Below, in pieces: positions 38,288 through 49,635 of a DNA stretch of 58,676 nucleotides. The DNA comes from a virus (Duplodnaviria; Caudoviricetes): IMG/VR virus record IMGVR_UViG_3300050343_000144, positions 1 through 58,676 of that record; one strand, written 5' to 3'. How positions within the stretch are numbered: position 1 is the first letter of the stretch; every line of letters starts with the position of its first letter. A program made the position numbers and the translations under genes. Under the pieces are notes generated by a model. It was not told where the DNA came from. It did no database searches and saw only the letters and a list, made by a program, of their open reading frames with translations.

Positions 38288-38341
38288 TATATAATTAAAA
38301 TTTGTATATTTGTACAAGTGAATTAATTTAAAAAAAAATCA

Positions 38342-38788
38342 ATGGCAATTATTTACAAGTGGGACATCCCAGCAATGAATGCTCACATTCAATCAGAAGG
38401 ACAAGACAACGTAATATACACAGTACACTATAGGTATACTGGCTCTGAAGAGTCTGGAGGTAAAACTTACTCATCAACTAATATTGGAACTCAAAGTTAC
38501 ACGTATGTAGCAGGTGAGCCTTTTACTCCTTATGAGGATACTGAGGCTTTTGAGAACGTAGTTATTGGATGGTTAGAGGGGTCTTTAGATGTTCCTTCAA
38601 TGCAAGCAAATATAGCTGCAAGCATAGAGTCTCAAATTACACCAGTAAACGAAGACTTGTATTTTACCTGGATGAATCCACAACCACCTACTCCACCTCC
38701 TACTCCAGAACCACCTGTTGAAGAAACTCCAGTAGTACAGCCTTCAGATCCTGAGCAAGAAGAAGAAGAAGTTGTTGACGATGAATAA
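38342..38788 (+). CDS. Fibre assembly-associated protein with Pro/Glu tail
   Basis: WDI...NVIYTVHYRY...VIGWL; TATATTTG at 38305. Confidence 0.6.
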   Translation: MAIIYKWDIPAMNAHIQSEGQDNVIYTVHYRYTGSEESGGKTYSSTNIGTQSYTYVAGEPFTPYEDTEAFENVVIGWLEGSLDVPSMQANIAASIESQITPVNEDLYFTWMNPQPPTPPPTPEPPVEETPVVQPSDPEQEEEEVVDDE

Positions 38789-38836
38789 ATAATATTTATT
38801 ATATTTGTATATAAATTTAATCTAAAATAATCTAAA

Positions 38837-39094
38837 ATGTCAAAAAATTTAACACCAGAGGAGTTACAGAATTTACAAGCTCTTAATCAAGAATTTACTC
38901 AAGTAAAATTAAAATTAGCTGATTCAGTTTATCAACAAGTTTTATATACTAAAGACTTAGATACAATAAGAGAAAAGTTTTCGTCTGTTGAAAAAGAGTT
39001 GTCAGACAAGTATGGAGCTAATTCTGTTATTGATTTAGCAACTGGAGAAGTAAAAGAAAATCAACCAGCTGAAACAGCAGAGGTTGTAGAATAA
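38837..39094 (+). CDS. Small coiled-coil protein
   Basis: LSDKYG...IDLATGE; TATATTTG at 38800. Confidence 0.65.
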   Translation: MSKNLTPEELQNLQALNQEFTQVKLKLADSVYQQVLYTKDLDTIREKFSSVEKELSDKYGANSVIDLATGEVKENQPAETAEVVE

Positions 39095-39105
39095 AAACAA
39101 TATTT

Positions 39106-39618
39106 ATGGCAAGAATTAGCAACACATCATCATATCCAATAATAACACCAGACGGTGCTGACTATTTTATATTGACTGATGCTGAAAATGACAATGCAAC
39201 AAAAAACTGTTCTATAAGTAACTTACAATCTTACTTAGGAGTAGATACAGTAAAAGTTAGTGTTGCAATTTCACCAGCTAACTTGCAAGTTTTATCAACT
39301 CCATATACAATTATAGCCTCACCTGGTGAAGGATATACATATGACATTACAAATGTTTCTGTATTTATGGATTTTAACACTACTGTTTTTGATTTTTCTT
39401 CGGATGCTAGTTTAAAAATAGGATCTTATGTTGCTGGTACAATACCACAATCGATATTAAATTCAACATCAGATGTAGTGTATAAAATACAACCTGTTAG
39501 TGGTATATTAGCTGCTGACACACCTATAACTTTATCAGGTGGAAATGCTACAACTGGAGATGGTACTCTTTACATAAATATTACATACAGAAAGCTAAAA
39601 TTAGATTCTACATTTTAA
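39106..39618 (+). CDS. Virion structural protein
   Basis: N-terminus MARI..Y...D..I.TD...ATKN shared with the 25731 gene. Confidence 0.6.
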   Translation: MARISNTSSYPIITPDGADYFILTDAENDNATKNCSISNLQSYLGVDTVKVSVAISPANLQVLSTPYTIIASPGEGYTYDITNVSVFMDFNTTVFDFSSDASLKIGSYVAGTIPQSILNSTSDVVYKIQPVSGILAADTPITLSGGNATTGDGTLYINITYRKLKLDSTF

Positions 39619-39622
39619 TTAA

Positions 39623-39847
39623 ATGGACATTAGAAAGATTTCAATAGGAGCAGACTATAAGTCTGGAGCTATGCATTACATAGTAGGGCAGGATGTTCTT
39701 GGAGGATCTTATATTATTCATTTAATACAGCACGACTCAGGCGCAAGTTCATATAAGATTTGGATAGAAAAAAATAAAGAAATTGTTATATGGAAAGAGT
39801 TTAAAACTACCTTACCTATTTCTATCGAATATAATATAAACTTTTAA
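39623..39847 (+). CDS. Hypothetical protein
   Basis: IRKISIGADYK..AMHY.VGQ...WKEF. Confidence 0.7.
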   Translation: MDIRKISIGADYKSGAMHYIVGQDVLGGSYIIHLIQHDSGASSYKIWIEKNKEIVIWKEFKTTLPISIEYNINF

Positions 39848-40409
39848 TGCAATCTCCATTTTCATTTATTGTACGTCCTGTAAACGGCACTAGGTATGAT
39901 AATGTAAAAAAATAGGAGACTTAGATTTTTTAATTAGCGTATCAAAAGAAGATCATAAAACGGCTAATAGGTATGCGCAAGTGGTGTCAACTCCAATAAA
40001 TTATTCAGGAGATGTCAATATAGGTGACATACTTTTAGTACATCATAATGTTTTTAAATATTACAATGACATGTACGGGCGTGAGAAAAGTGGTAAAAGC
40101 TTTTTTAAAGACGATTTATTCTTTATTGACTTTGATCAATTTTTTTTGTATTATAATAAAGAGGAGTGGAAAAGCCATTCTAAGTATTGTTTTATAAAAC
40201 CTATTCCGCCAAAAAAATCTTTTTTAGGAAAGACCGGAAAAGAAGAACCTCTTATGGGTGTTGTTAAATATAACAATCAAGAGTTAAAAAACTTAGGTGT
40301 AAAGGTAGGAGACGAAGTGTCTTTTACTCCTGAGTCTGAGTATGAGTTTTATGTAGAAGATGAAAAGCTATATAGAATGTTTACAGATAACATAACTATG
40401 ATTATGTAA
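39847..40409 (+). CDS. Tandem GroES-like domain protein (one A missing at 39906-39912)
   Basis: Two units: FIVRP...AQVVST...VNIGDILLV and FIKP...GVVKY...GVKVGDEVSF...EFYVEDEKLYRM..DNI. Confidence 0.6.
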
Positions 40410-40685
40410 ATGGATATTAAAGATATTAAAGAACAAATAATAAAAGCTGGAGAAAAAGCTGTTATACAATTAATAAAGGTAGCTAAAGAAGATATTATTA
40501 AATACGATAAGGATGATGAGTTAGCTGCTGACAGATTAAAAAATGCTGCTGCTACAAAAAAGCTTGCTATCTTTGACGCTTTTGAAATCCTTAAAAGAAT
40601 AGAAGACGAAAAGCAATTATTAGAGGGTGGTGATATAAAGAAAAATAATACCCCTAAAGGATTTGCAGAATCAAGATCTAAATAA
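40410..40685 (+). CDS. Putative terminase small subunit
   Basis: Helical 91-aa protein directly upstream of and overlapping TerL; positional call. Confidence 0.45.
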   Translation: MDIKDIKEQIIKAGEKAVIQLIKVAKEDIIKYDKDDELAADRLKNAAATKKLAIFDAFEILKRIEDEKQLLEGGDIKKNNTPKGFAESRSK

Positions 40686-42903
40686 CTTATACACTACACT
40701 AACTAGAGTAGTTCCAAAAAATGTTTTATCTACAAAGAATAAAGCAAGAACTTGGACTTATGGTTATAACGAAAAATATAATTTTGTTGTTATATCTAAG
40801 TCAGGTCAAATAGGTGATGTCATAGAAATAAATGGCCTACATATTGCATTACCAAAAGCTCCTACAAAAGTTTATTCAAGATCCAAAAAAAAAGATGATC
40901 AGTATTGGGAGGCGCATGAAATAAGTAAAGAATTAAAAAGAATACAGTCAATATTTCAATGGCATGAAGCTCCGATACAATTCAAGAAAAATGGGTGGAT
41001 TATATTGAACAAGAGTTTGATAGGAGAGAAGAAGGTTTTTGGTTTATGAATAATGGTGTTCCTACTTATATTACAGGAACACATTATATGTATTTACAAT
41101 GGACAAAGATTGACGTTGGTCATCCAGACTTTAGAGAAGCAAATAGTTTTTTATATATTCTGGGAAGCATGTAAAGCAGATAAAAGAAGTTTTGGTATGT
41201 GTTATTTAAAAATAAGACGTTCTGGGATTTTCATTTATGAGCTCGTGTGAAGGTGTTAACACAGCGACAATAACTAAAGATTCTAGAATAGGTATACTAT
41301 CTAAAACTGGTGCTGATGCAAAAAAATGTTTACAGATAAAGATAGTTCCTATATCTAACAACTATCCTTTCTTTTTTAAACCTATACAAGATGGTATGGA
41401 TAAGCCTAAAACAGAATTAGCTTATCGTGTTCCAGCTTCTAAGATTACTAAAAAGAATATGTATAAGTAAGTGAAGAGGAGCTTGAAGGATTAGACACAA
41501 CTATTGACTGGAAAAATACATCTGACAACAGTTATGATGGTGAGAAGTTACAGTTATTGTTACACGATGAAAGTGGTAAATGGGAAAGGCCAGAGAATAT
41601 ATTAAACAACTGGCGTGTAACTAAAACATGTTTAAGATTAGGTAGTAAAGTTATAGGTAAATGTATGATGGGATCTACATCAAATGCGTTAGATAAAGGT
41701 GGTAGAAATTTTAAAGATTTATTTGAGATCATCTGATTGCAGAAACAGAAACTCTAACGGACAAACAAAAAGCGGTTTATATAATCTTTTATTCCTATGG
41801 AGTGGAATATGGAAGGTTTTATTGACATGTATGGTATGCCTGTGTTTAAGAATCCAGACAAACCTATTAAAGGAATAGACAAAGAAATATTACTCAAGGG
41901 GCTGTAGATTACTGGAAAACGAGGTTGAATCATTAACTTCAGATCCTGACGCTTTAAATGAATTTTATAGACAGTTTCCTAGAACAGAGTCACATGCGTT
42001 TAGAGATGAAAGCAAACAATCATTATTTAATTTAACAAAAATATACCAGCAAATAGATTATAATGATTCTTAAATATGGGACACTTTAACTCAAGGTCTT
42101 TTTCCATTGGAAAATGGTATAAAAGATTCTAAGGTAATCTGGAGCCCAAATAAAAGAGGTAGATTTTTTGTAACTTACATCCCTAAAGCTTCTCTTCAAA
42201 ACAATGTGATTAAGAAGGGTGGAAAGATGTATCCAGGCAATGAACATATTGGATCGTTTGGTTGTGACTCTTATGATATTTCAGGAGTTGTAGTAGGTAA
42301 AGGTTCTAACGGAGCTTTACATGGGCAGACAAAATTTAATATGGATGATGCTCCTAGTAATGAATTCTTTTTAGAATATATTGCTAGACCTCAAACTGCT
42401 GAGATATTTTTTGAAGAAGTTTTAATGGCGTGTATATTTTATGGCATGCCAATATTATGTGAAAATAATAAACCTCGTTTATTGTATCATTTTAAAAATA
42501 GAGGATACCGAGGCTTTTGTTTAAACAGACCTGATAAAACTTATAATAAGTTATCTAAGACTGAAAGAGAGTTAGGGGGTATTCCAAACTCATCTGAAGA
42601 TGTTAAGCAATCTCACGCTCAGCTATTGAGTCGTATATTGAAAAATATGTAGGATTAGATTTTGAAGGAGATTATAGAGAAAAAGACGATATAGGTAGTA
42701 TGTATTTTCAAAGAACACTAGAAGATTGGGCTAAATTTGATATAACAAACAGAACAAAGTTTGATGCTGCGATTAGTTCTGGTTTAGCAATTATGGCAAA
42801 TCAAAAACACTTGTATACACCCGTTCAAAAACAATCAAAAATAAGCATTAACTTTGCAAGATATAATAACAAGAACTCAGTAAGTCAATTACTTAATAAA
42901 TGA
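40663..42903 (+). CDS. terL: Terminase large subunit (multiple indels)
   Basis: Fragments carry KIRRSG(F) Walker A, LLHDESGKW Walker B, GSTS, GCDSYD, ENNK and KFDAAISSG. Confidence 0.85.
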
Positions 42904-45327
42904 AAGAAGTAACAATAGATATACAGGCTGCTGCATTTCCAGATCAATTTGTTTCTGACGCTACAAAAGACACTGTAGAGTTTGGATTACAAATAGGTCA
43001 AGCAATACAATACGAATGGTTTAGAAGAGACAGCGGCTCATGTAGATTTTATAATCAATGGGTGAGTTTATGCGACTAAGTTTGTATGCTAGAGGAGAGC
43101 AATCCGTAGCAAAATACAAAAATGAATTAGCAATAGATGGCGATTTAAGTTATCTTAAATTTAGATTGGACACCCGTACCTATAATTCCAAAGTTTGTCG
43201 ACATCGTAGTAAACGGAATGTCAGACAGACTTTTTAAAGTTAAAGCCTACGCTGAGGATGCGTTGTCTGCTGAGAAAAGAAATGAGTTTCAAGAAATGAT
43301 TGAAGGTGAGGTATTAGCAAAACCATTATTTCAACAAATAGATAAAGATTTTGGATGTTAATGTTTTTCAAACAAATGAAGACGAGCTTACCGGAAAGTG
43401 ATGAAGAAATGGAGCTGTTTATGCAATATGAAATATAAACCAGCTATTGAAATAGCTCAAGAAGAAGCTATTGATACTTTATGTCTGAAAATCATTATAA
43501 TGATATTAGAAGTAGAGTTGATTATGATTTAACAACTATAGGTATAGGTATAACTAAACATGAATTTTTACCTGGTCTGGCGTAAAACTAGATTATGTAG
43601 ATCCAGCTAATGTTGTTTATAGCTATACTGAAGATCCTTATTTTAAAGATTGCTTTTATTGGGGAGAAATAAAAACAGTTCCAATGACGGAGCTAATTAA
43701 GAAAATAGATCCAGATTTAACAAATGAAGATTTAAAAATTGCTAAGTACAGTCAGTCATGGTATAATTATTTTAATACTGCTCAGTTTTACGAAAACAGT
43801 ATGTTCATACAGAGACACTGCTACAGTTATTGTATTTTAATTATAAAACAACACATTCGTTTGTGTACAAAAGAAAAAAATAGCAGACGGATCATACAAA
43901 CAGTTGAAAAAGACGATCAGTTTAATCCTCCTCAAGAAATGATGGAAGAAGGAAAGTTTGAAAAGGTAACTAAAAGAATTGACGTATGGTATGATGGTGT
44001 TATGGTTATGGGAACTAATATTATGCTGCAATGGAAACTATGGCAGAAAACATGGTAAGACCAAATCCTCTAGTCAAGTATGCTATGCCAAATTATGTAG
44101 CTTGCAGCACCTAGAATGTATAAAGGTTCTTTAGAATCTTTAGTAAGAAGAATGATTCCTTTTGCTGATTTAATTCAAATGACACATTTAAAATTACAAC
44201 AAGTGGTTTCAAGAGTTGTGCCTGATGGTGTTTTTATTGATGCAGATGGTTTAAATGAAGTTGATTTAGGAACAGGAAACGCATATAATCCAGAAGATGC
44301 ATTGCGCTTGTATTTCCAAACAGGTAGTGTTGTTGGTAGAAGTTATACTCAAGATGGAGAGTTTAATAATGCTAGAGTTCCAATTCACTCAATTAACATC
44401 TAATAGTGGTGCAAGTAAAATGCAAATGCTTATTGCTAATTATAATCATTATTTAGATATGATTAGAGCTGTAACTGGACTAAACGAAGCAAGAGATGGC
44501 TCAACGCCAGATCCTAATTCTTTAGTAGGTGTACAAAAATTAGCAGCATTAAATTCTAATACAGCTACAAGACATATATTCAAGGCAGTTTATATATAAC
44601 TCAGAACAATTAGCTGAGTGTTTATCAATAAGAACAGCTGACATATTAGAGTATGCTGATTTTAAAGATGAGTTTGCTATGCAAATTGGTAAATATAATT
44701 TAAAAATATTAGAAGAAATAAAAAATTTATATTTGTATGACTTTGGTATATTTATAGAAATGGCTCCTGATGAAGAGCAAAAAGCAATGCTTGAGCAAAA
44801 TATTCAAATGGCATTGTCACAAAAAGATATAAATTTAGAAGATGCTATTGATATTAGAGAGATTAGTAACTTAAAATGGCTAATCAACTTCTTAAATTAA
44901 AACGTAAGAAAAAACAAGAAGCAGAGCAGCAAAGCAAAAGCAGCGGCAGCTCAACATGCAGGCTCAAATGCAAATGCAACAGCTCAGCAAAGCAGTCTCA
45001 AGCAGCTGAAATGCAAAAACTACAAGCAGAAACACAAGCTAAAATTCAATTCAAGTACAGAAAATTAAAGGTGAGGCTTCTATTAAAATCAGAGTTAATG
45101 AAATTAGAGTTTGATCTTCAAATGAAACTTAAAGGAGTTGATGGTAGAAGCAATGTCTAAAAAGAGAAGATCAGAGAAAACTGCAAAAGGCAGAAAGAAT
45201 AAGTCAAGCAAATACTGAACAATCAAAATTAATACAACAACGTAAAAATAATTTAGCTCCAGTTAATTTCGAATCTAAGGAAGATAGCTTAGATGGTTTT
45301 GATTTAGCGGAGTTTGAACCAAGGTGA
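42900..45327 (+). CDS. Portal protein (multiple indels)
   Basis: About 800 codons between TerL and scaffold; PIIPKFVDIVV, TGLNEARDG, DFGIFIE, Q-rich coiled-coil end. Confidence 0.75.
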
Positions 45328-45334
45328 TAATATT

Positions 45335-45466
45335 ATGCAAAAATTAAGTGGTCCTCAATTAAATCAAGCTCGTGATGATTTTAATACTAGGGTCGAAAAG
45401 AAAAGTATTTTAGGTAAAAGTAAAAAAATTATATGGACATATAAACGTAGATATGGTAACATATAA
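45335..45466 (+). CDS. 43-aa hypothetical protein
   Basis: MQKLSGPQLNQARDDF..., read manually. Confidence 0.4.
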   Translation: MQKLSGPQLNQARDDFNTRVEKKSILGKSKKIIWTYKRRYGNI

Positions 45467-45518
45467 TTCCTAAAATAATATATTTAAATAAATGTTAACT
45501 TTACAAAAATAAAATCAA

Positions 45519-46652
45519 ATGGAATTCAAACAAGTAAAAGAGGTTTCTCCAATAGAAGAGAAATCAACACAAGAAGTTGAACAGAATCTTTTAGATAAGC
45601 ACGAAGAAAGTTTAAAAGTATCTGATGTCAATCAAAATGTTTCAGAAACAAGTGACACTGTAGAAGAAACAATAGTAGAAGAAACTAAAGTAGATCAAGA
45701 TGTTACTGATTTACCAGAAATAAAAGATGAGGATGTACTTTCTTATATTAAAGAAAGATATAATAAAGATATTTCTTCAGTAGATGAATTGTTTTCTGAA
45801 CAAGAAAAAAACAATCCATTGCCTGATGAGGTTTCTAAGTATTTAGACTTTAAAAAAGAAACAGGTAGAGGGTTTGAAGATTTTATCAAAGCTAATAAAA
45901 ACTATGATAATTTAGAAGATGACCAGATACTAAAAGAGTATTATTCTTTAACTGAATCAGATTTAGATTCTGAAGATATTGAATATCTTATGGAAGATAA
46001 GTTTGGATATGATGAAGAGGTGGATGATGATAGAGATATAAAGAAAAAAAATATATCTAAAAAAAGAGAACTTGCAATAGCTAAGAAATATTTAAGTAAG
46101 CTATCGGAAACATATAAAACTCCTCTTGAGTCAAGTGGGGGTTCGTATTCGGAAGAACAACTTAAAGAAATCAATGCTTACAAGGAATATGTTCAAAAGG
46201 CTCAAACTGAAGTAGAGTCCAACAAAAGAAAGTCTGAGTACTTTCAGAAAAAAACAGATGAGGTTTTTAACTCCGAGTTCAAAGGTTTTGAGTTCAAGGT
46301 TGGAGATAAAAATGTAATTTATTCGTCTGGTGATGCAAATGAGATTAAATCAAAACAAGTCAATGTACAGAGTTTTATAAATCAGTACATAGGCGAAGAT
46401 GGTTTAGTTAATGATGCACAAGGTTGGCACAAAGCATTAAACGCAGCAATGAACCCAGATAAACTAGCTCAGTATTTTTATGAGCAAGGAAAGGCAGACG
46501 CCATAGGAGATGTTTCGAAGAAAAGTAAAAACATTAATATGAGTTTGAGGCAAACACCTCAATCGTCTCCACAGAAAGGGTTTCAAGCAAGAGCGGTTAG
46601 TACAGATTCAGGAAGAGGTTTGCGAATAAGGAGTAAAAACAAAAATAATTAA
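45519..46652 (+). CDS. Capsid scaffolding protein (putative)
   Basis: Acidic helical protein before the MCP; FYEQGKADA; TAACTTTA box at 45496. Confidence 0.65.
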   Translation: MEFKQVKEVSPIEEKSTQEVEQNLLDKHEESLKVSDVNQNVSETSDTVEETIVEETKVDQDVTDLPEIKDEDVLSYIKERYNKDISSVDELFSEQEKNNPLPDEVSKYLDFKKETGRGFEDFIKANKNYDNLEDDQILKEYYSLTESDLDSEDIEYLMEDKFGYDEEVDDDRDIKKKNISKKRELAIAKKYLSKLSETYKTPLESSGGSYSEEQLKEINAYKEYVQKAQTEVESNKRKSEYFQKKTDEVFNSEFKGFEFKVGDKNVIYSSGDANEIKSKQVNVQSFINQYIGEDGLVNDAQGWHKALNAAMNPDKLAQYFYEQGKADAIGDVSKKSKNINMSLRQTPQSSPQKGFQARAVSTDSGRGLRIRSKNKNN

Positions 46653-46670
46653 CAATTAAAAAATTTTAAA

Positions 46671-48111
46671 ATGGCAGGACAAATTGCAGCAAATCCTACT
46701 TTCGCACTACAGCCTAGTGCAGAACAAGTAGTATTACAAACAAACTATATCACTAATTTTGATTTCTTAAATCAATATTTACCAGATACTTACGAAAAAG
46801 AATTTGAAAGATATGGAAACAGAACAGTAGCATCATTCTTAAGAATGGTAGGTGCTGAAATGCCTTCTAACTCAGACCTTATCAAATGGGCAGAGCAAGG
46901 AAGATTACACACTAAATATGTAGACGTAACTTCAGCAGCAGCTGCGGGATCGGACACAGCAGTATTAACTGTTGGTGACGTATTAGTTCCAGGAAGCGGA
47001 TCAATCGCTTTAAGAGTAGGTCAAACAATTATGATCTCTGATAACACAGCAGCTTCAGTTTTAACTAACAAAGCCTTAATTACTGCGGTAGATATGGCTA
47101 ACGCTCAAATCACTGTAGCTTATTATGAAGCAGCTGGTCAAGCAGTAGCAGCAGATGTTGTTACTTCTTTATTTGTATATGGTTCTGAGTTCCAAAAAGG
47201 AACAAGCGGAATGCAAGGTCAATTAGAAGCTGATGATGATATTTACAGCAATTCACCAATTATTATCAAAGACAAATATTCTGTTTCTGGTTCTGATATG
47301 GCTCAAATTGGATGGATTGAGGTAACAGGTGAAGACGGAGTAAGCGGATACTTATGGTATTTAAAGTCTGAGCACGACACAAGATTAAGATTCGAAGACT
47401 ATTTAGAAACAGCAATGGTAGAAGCAGTTCCAGCTGACGCAGGATCTGGTGCTGGAGACTTTCTTACAAGGTGTAGCTGCAGGAGCATGGTAGCAAACCT
47501 TAAAGGTTCTGAAGGTGTATTCTATGTAGTAGGAAACAGAGGAAATGTTTGGGGTCAGGTGGAAACCCAAAACACTAGCTCAGTTTGATTCTATTATCCA
47601 AAGACTAGATAAGCAAGGTTCTATTGAAGAAAATGTAATTTTCGTAAACAGAGAGTTTGGATTTGATATTGACGATATGTTAGCTTCTCAAAACTCTTAT
47701 GGAGCGGGTGGTACATCTTATGGTCTTATTTGACAATGACAAAGACATGGCTTTAAACTTGGATTTACAGGATTCCGTAGAGGTTATGACTTCTACAAGT
47801 CTGACTGGAAATACTTAAACGATCCTACAATGAGAGGTGGACGTTGTTGGTGGAGCAATCAATGGTCTATTAGTACCAGCTGGTTCAACTACTGTATACG
47901 ATCAAATCTTAGGTAAAGAATGCTAAGAGACCTTTCTTACACGTTAGATATAGAGCTTCAGAAACTGAAGACAGACGTTATAAAACTTGGATTACTGGTT
48001 CAGCTGGTGGAGCAAGAACTTCTGACTTAGATGCAATGGAAGTAAACTTCTTATCTGAAAGAGCTGTATGTACTTTAGGTGCAAACAACTTCTTCTTATT
48101 CAAAGCAATAA
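46671..48111 (+). CDS. Major capsid protein (indels after about 47460)
   Basis: QYLPD.YE.EFERYGNR, WAEQGRLH, GSEF.KG, IIKDKY.VSGSD, ending LSERAVCTLGANNF; followed by a hairpin; biased codon usage. Confidence 0.8.
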
Positions 48112-48122
48112 GAATAACAATT

Positions 48123-48161
48123 TGTAATTTTTACCCTCGTTATAAAGACGGGGGTAATTAT
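48123..48161 (+). terminator. Hairpin after the major capsid gene
   Basis: TTACCCTCGT/ACGGGGGTAA stem. Confidence 0.65.
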
Positions 48162-48556
48162 TTGAAGCTCAAGTATCTGCTAAAGGATTAAGCTTAGAGC
48201 TTATGGAAACCATTGGTAGGGTTGTGATTGGATTAAATGTGGACAAGCTTAGTTCGGCAGAATTAAAAAGAGATATAAGGTTATTTGCAAAAAGATACCC
48301 TCAAGATTTTTTAGAATCTCTTAATGATCCTTTATTGATTTTACAAAATAAATGTTCTCAATTTTTGTCTAACAATTTAATTATAATGAAAAATGAAAAA
48401 GATGTTTATTATAATTTAAAACAAAACAAGAAAAAACTACTAACTGTTCCTTATGGAGAAGATCCTTTATTTATATTGGCATCGTTCTTTCAAAGTGATG
48501 AAGGGCAGGCAGTATTCACTTTATTAAGTAATAGATTAAAAAAACTAGACGAATAA
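48161..48556 (+). CDS. Hypothetical protein, apparently lacking its 5' part
   Basis: Frame reads FEAQVSAKGLSLEL-METIGR straight out of the hairpin with no leader; SSAELKRD..LFAK, VPYGEDP. Confidence 0.55.
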   Translation, partial: FEAQVSAKGLSLELMETIGRVVIGLNVDKLSSAELKRDIRLFAKRYPQDFLESLNDPLLILQNKCSQFLSNNLIIMKNEKDVYYNLKQNKKKLLTVPYGEDPLFILASFFQSDEGQAVFTLLSNRLKKLDE

Positions 48557-48594
48557 GTATTGCATAATAATGCAATTAATTGTTTAAATGTTAT

Positions 48595-48629
48595 AGAGGT
48601 TTCACTAAAATGAAGCCTCTTTTTTTTTT
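48595..48629 (+). terminator. Intrinsic terminator
   Basis: AGAGGTTTCA/TGAAGCCTCT plus T run; TATCTTTG promoter follows at 48632. Confidence 0.8.
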
Positions 48630-48657
48630 CGTATCTTTGTTTAAATAACAATTTGAA

Positions 48658-49632
48658 ATGATTAACACAGTAAGAGCAACAGTATTGTCGATTGCGAATA
48701 AAAACAATTACGGATATATAACTCCTAGTGATTTTAATTTATATGCAAAGCAAGCTCAATTAGATATTTTTGAAGACTATTTTTATCAATATAATAGTTG
48801 GATTATAAAGCAAAACGCCAGAGTTTCTGGTAGTGAATATGCAGATATACTAAAAGGATTAGTAGAGGTTATTGATAGTTTTTCTGAGACAAGAGGGTTG
48901 ATTAATAATGGTATAAACTTATATAATCTTCCTGAAAACTATTACTTAATAAATAAAATAAACCATTATCCTAACGTTATATTTTCATCTACTAGCACAG
49001 CAGCTGGACTAAATACGCTTACTGATGCTAATGCAACGTTTATAACAACAGGAACTGTTGTTCCTGGACAATTTATATCAAACACTTCAGCAAATAGTAT
49101 ATACGCTGGATTTGGTGCATATGTAGTTAGTGTGGATTCAGAGACTCAATTAACATTATCTGGTAATCCATTTGGTACTGCAAGTACAATAGGTAATTCA
49201 TATACGATTGTGACAACAGCAGGCATAAGAGAAATAGAAAGAGTTTCTCAAAATAAAATATTTTATTTAAACTCTTCTAGTTTAACATCGCCAAGCGTTT
49301 CATATCCTGCTTATGTTTTAGGAGGTGGTACTAGTACGGCTATTGGGAATACTATAACTGTATATCCTGAAAGTATAACTGGAGCTGGTAAAGTTTTATC
49401 ACAATATATAAGATACCCGTTAGATCCTAACTGGACATATAGTACACTAACAGGTGGAGAGCCTGTTTTTGATGAAGGTGCGGCAGATTATCAAGACTTT
49501 GAACTTCCTGATTCTGATGAACCTAATTTAGTAAATAAGATATTGCAATATGCAGGTGTATCAATAAGAGAAAATGATATAGCTACTTTTGGAAATATTC
49601 AAGAACAAGAAGATAATCAACAACAATCATAA
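48658..49632 (+). CDS. Head-tail adaptor / ring protein
   Basis: NKNNYGYITP.DFNL.A.QAQL, YIRYP.DP.W.Y, DFELP, IL.YAG; positional. Confidence 0.6.
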   Translation: MINTVRATVLSIANKNNYGYITPSDFNLYAKQAQLDIFEDYFYQYNSWIIKQNARVSGSEYADILKGLVEVIDSFSETRGLINNGINLYNLPENYYLINKINHYPNVIFSSTSTAAGLNTLTDANATFITTGTVVPGQFISNTSANSIYAGFGAYVVSVDSETQLTLSGNPFGTASTIGNSYTIVTTAGIREIERVSQNKIFYLNSSSLTSPSVSYPAYVLGGGTSTAIGNTITVYPESITGAGKVLSQYIRYPLDPNWTYSTLTGGEPVFDEGAADYQDFELPDSDEPNLVNKILQYAGVSIRENDIATFGNIQEQEDNQQQS

Positions 49633-49635
49633 GAA

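Noticed and set aside
44900-45200. CAG/CAA-rich repeat
   Set aside because: Garbled coding sequence for the Gln-rich portal coiled coil, not an independent repeat
39900-48110. Pseudogenes, programmed frameshifts or stop-codon recoding in terL, portal and MCP
   Set aside because: Breaks are frame changes in both directions, often in homopolymers, clustered in essential genes and coinciding with a k-mer shift. Consensus error is far more likely, and there is no systematic in-frame TAG/TGA pattern.
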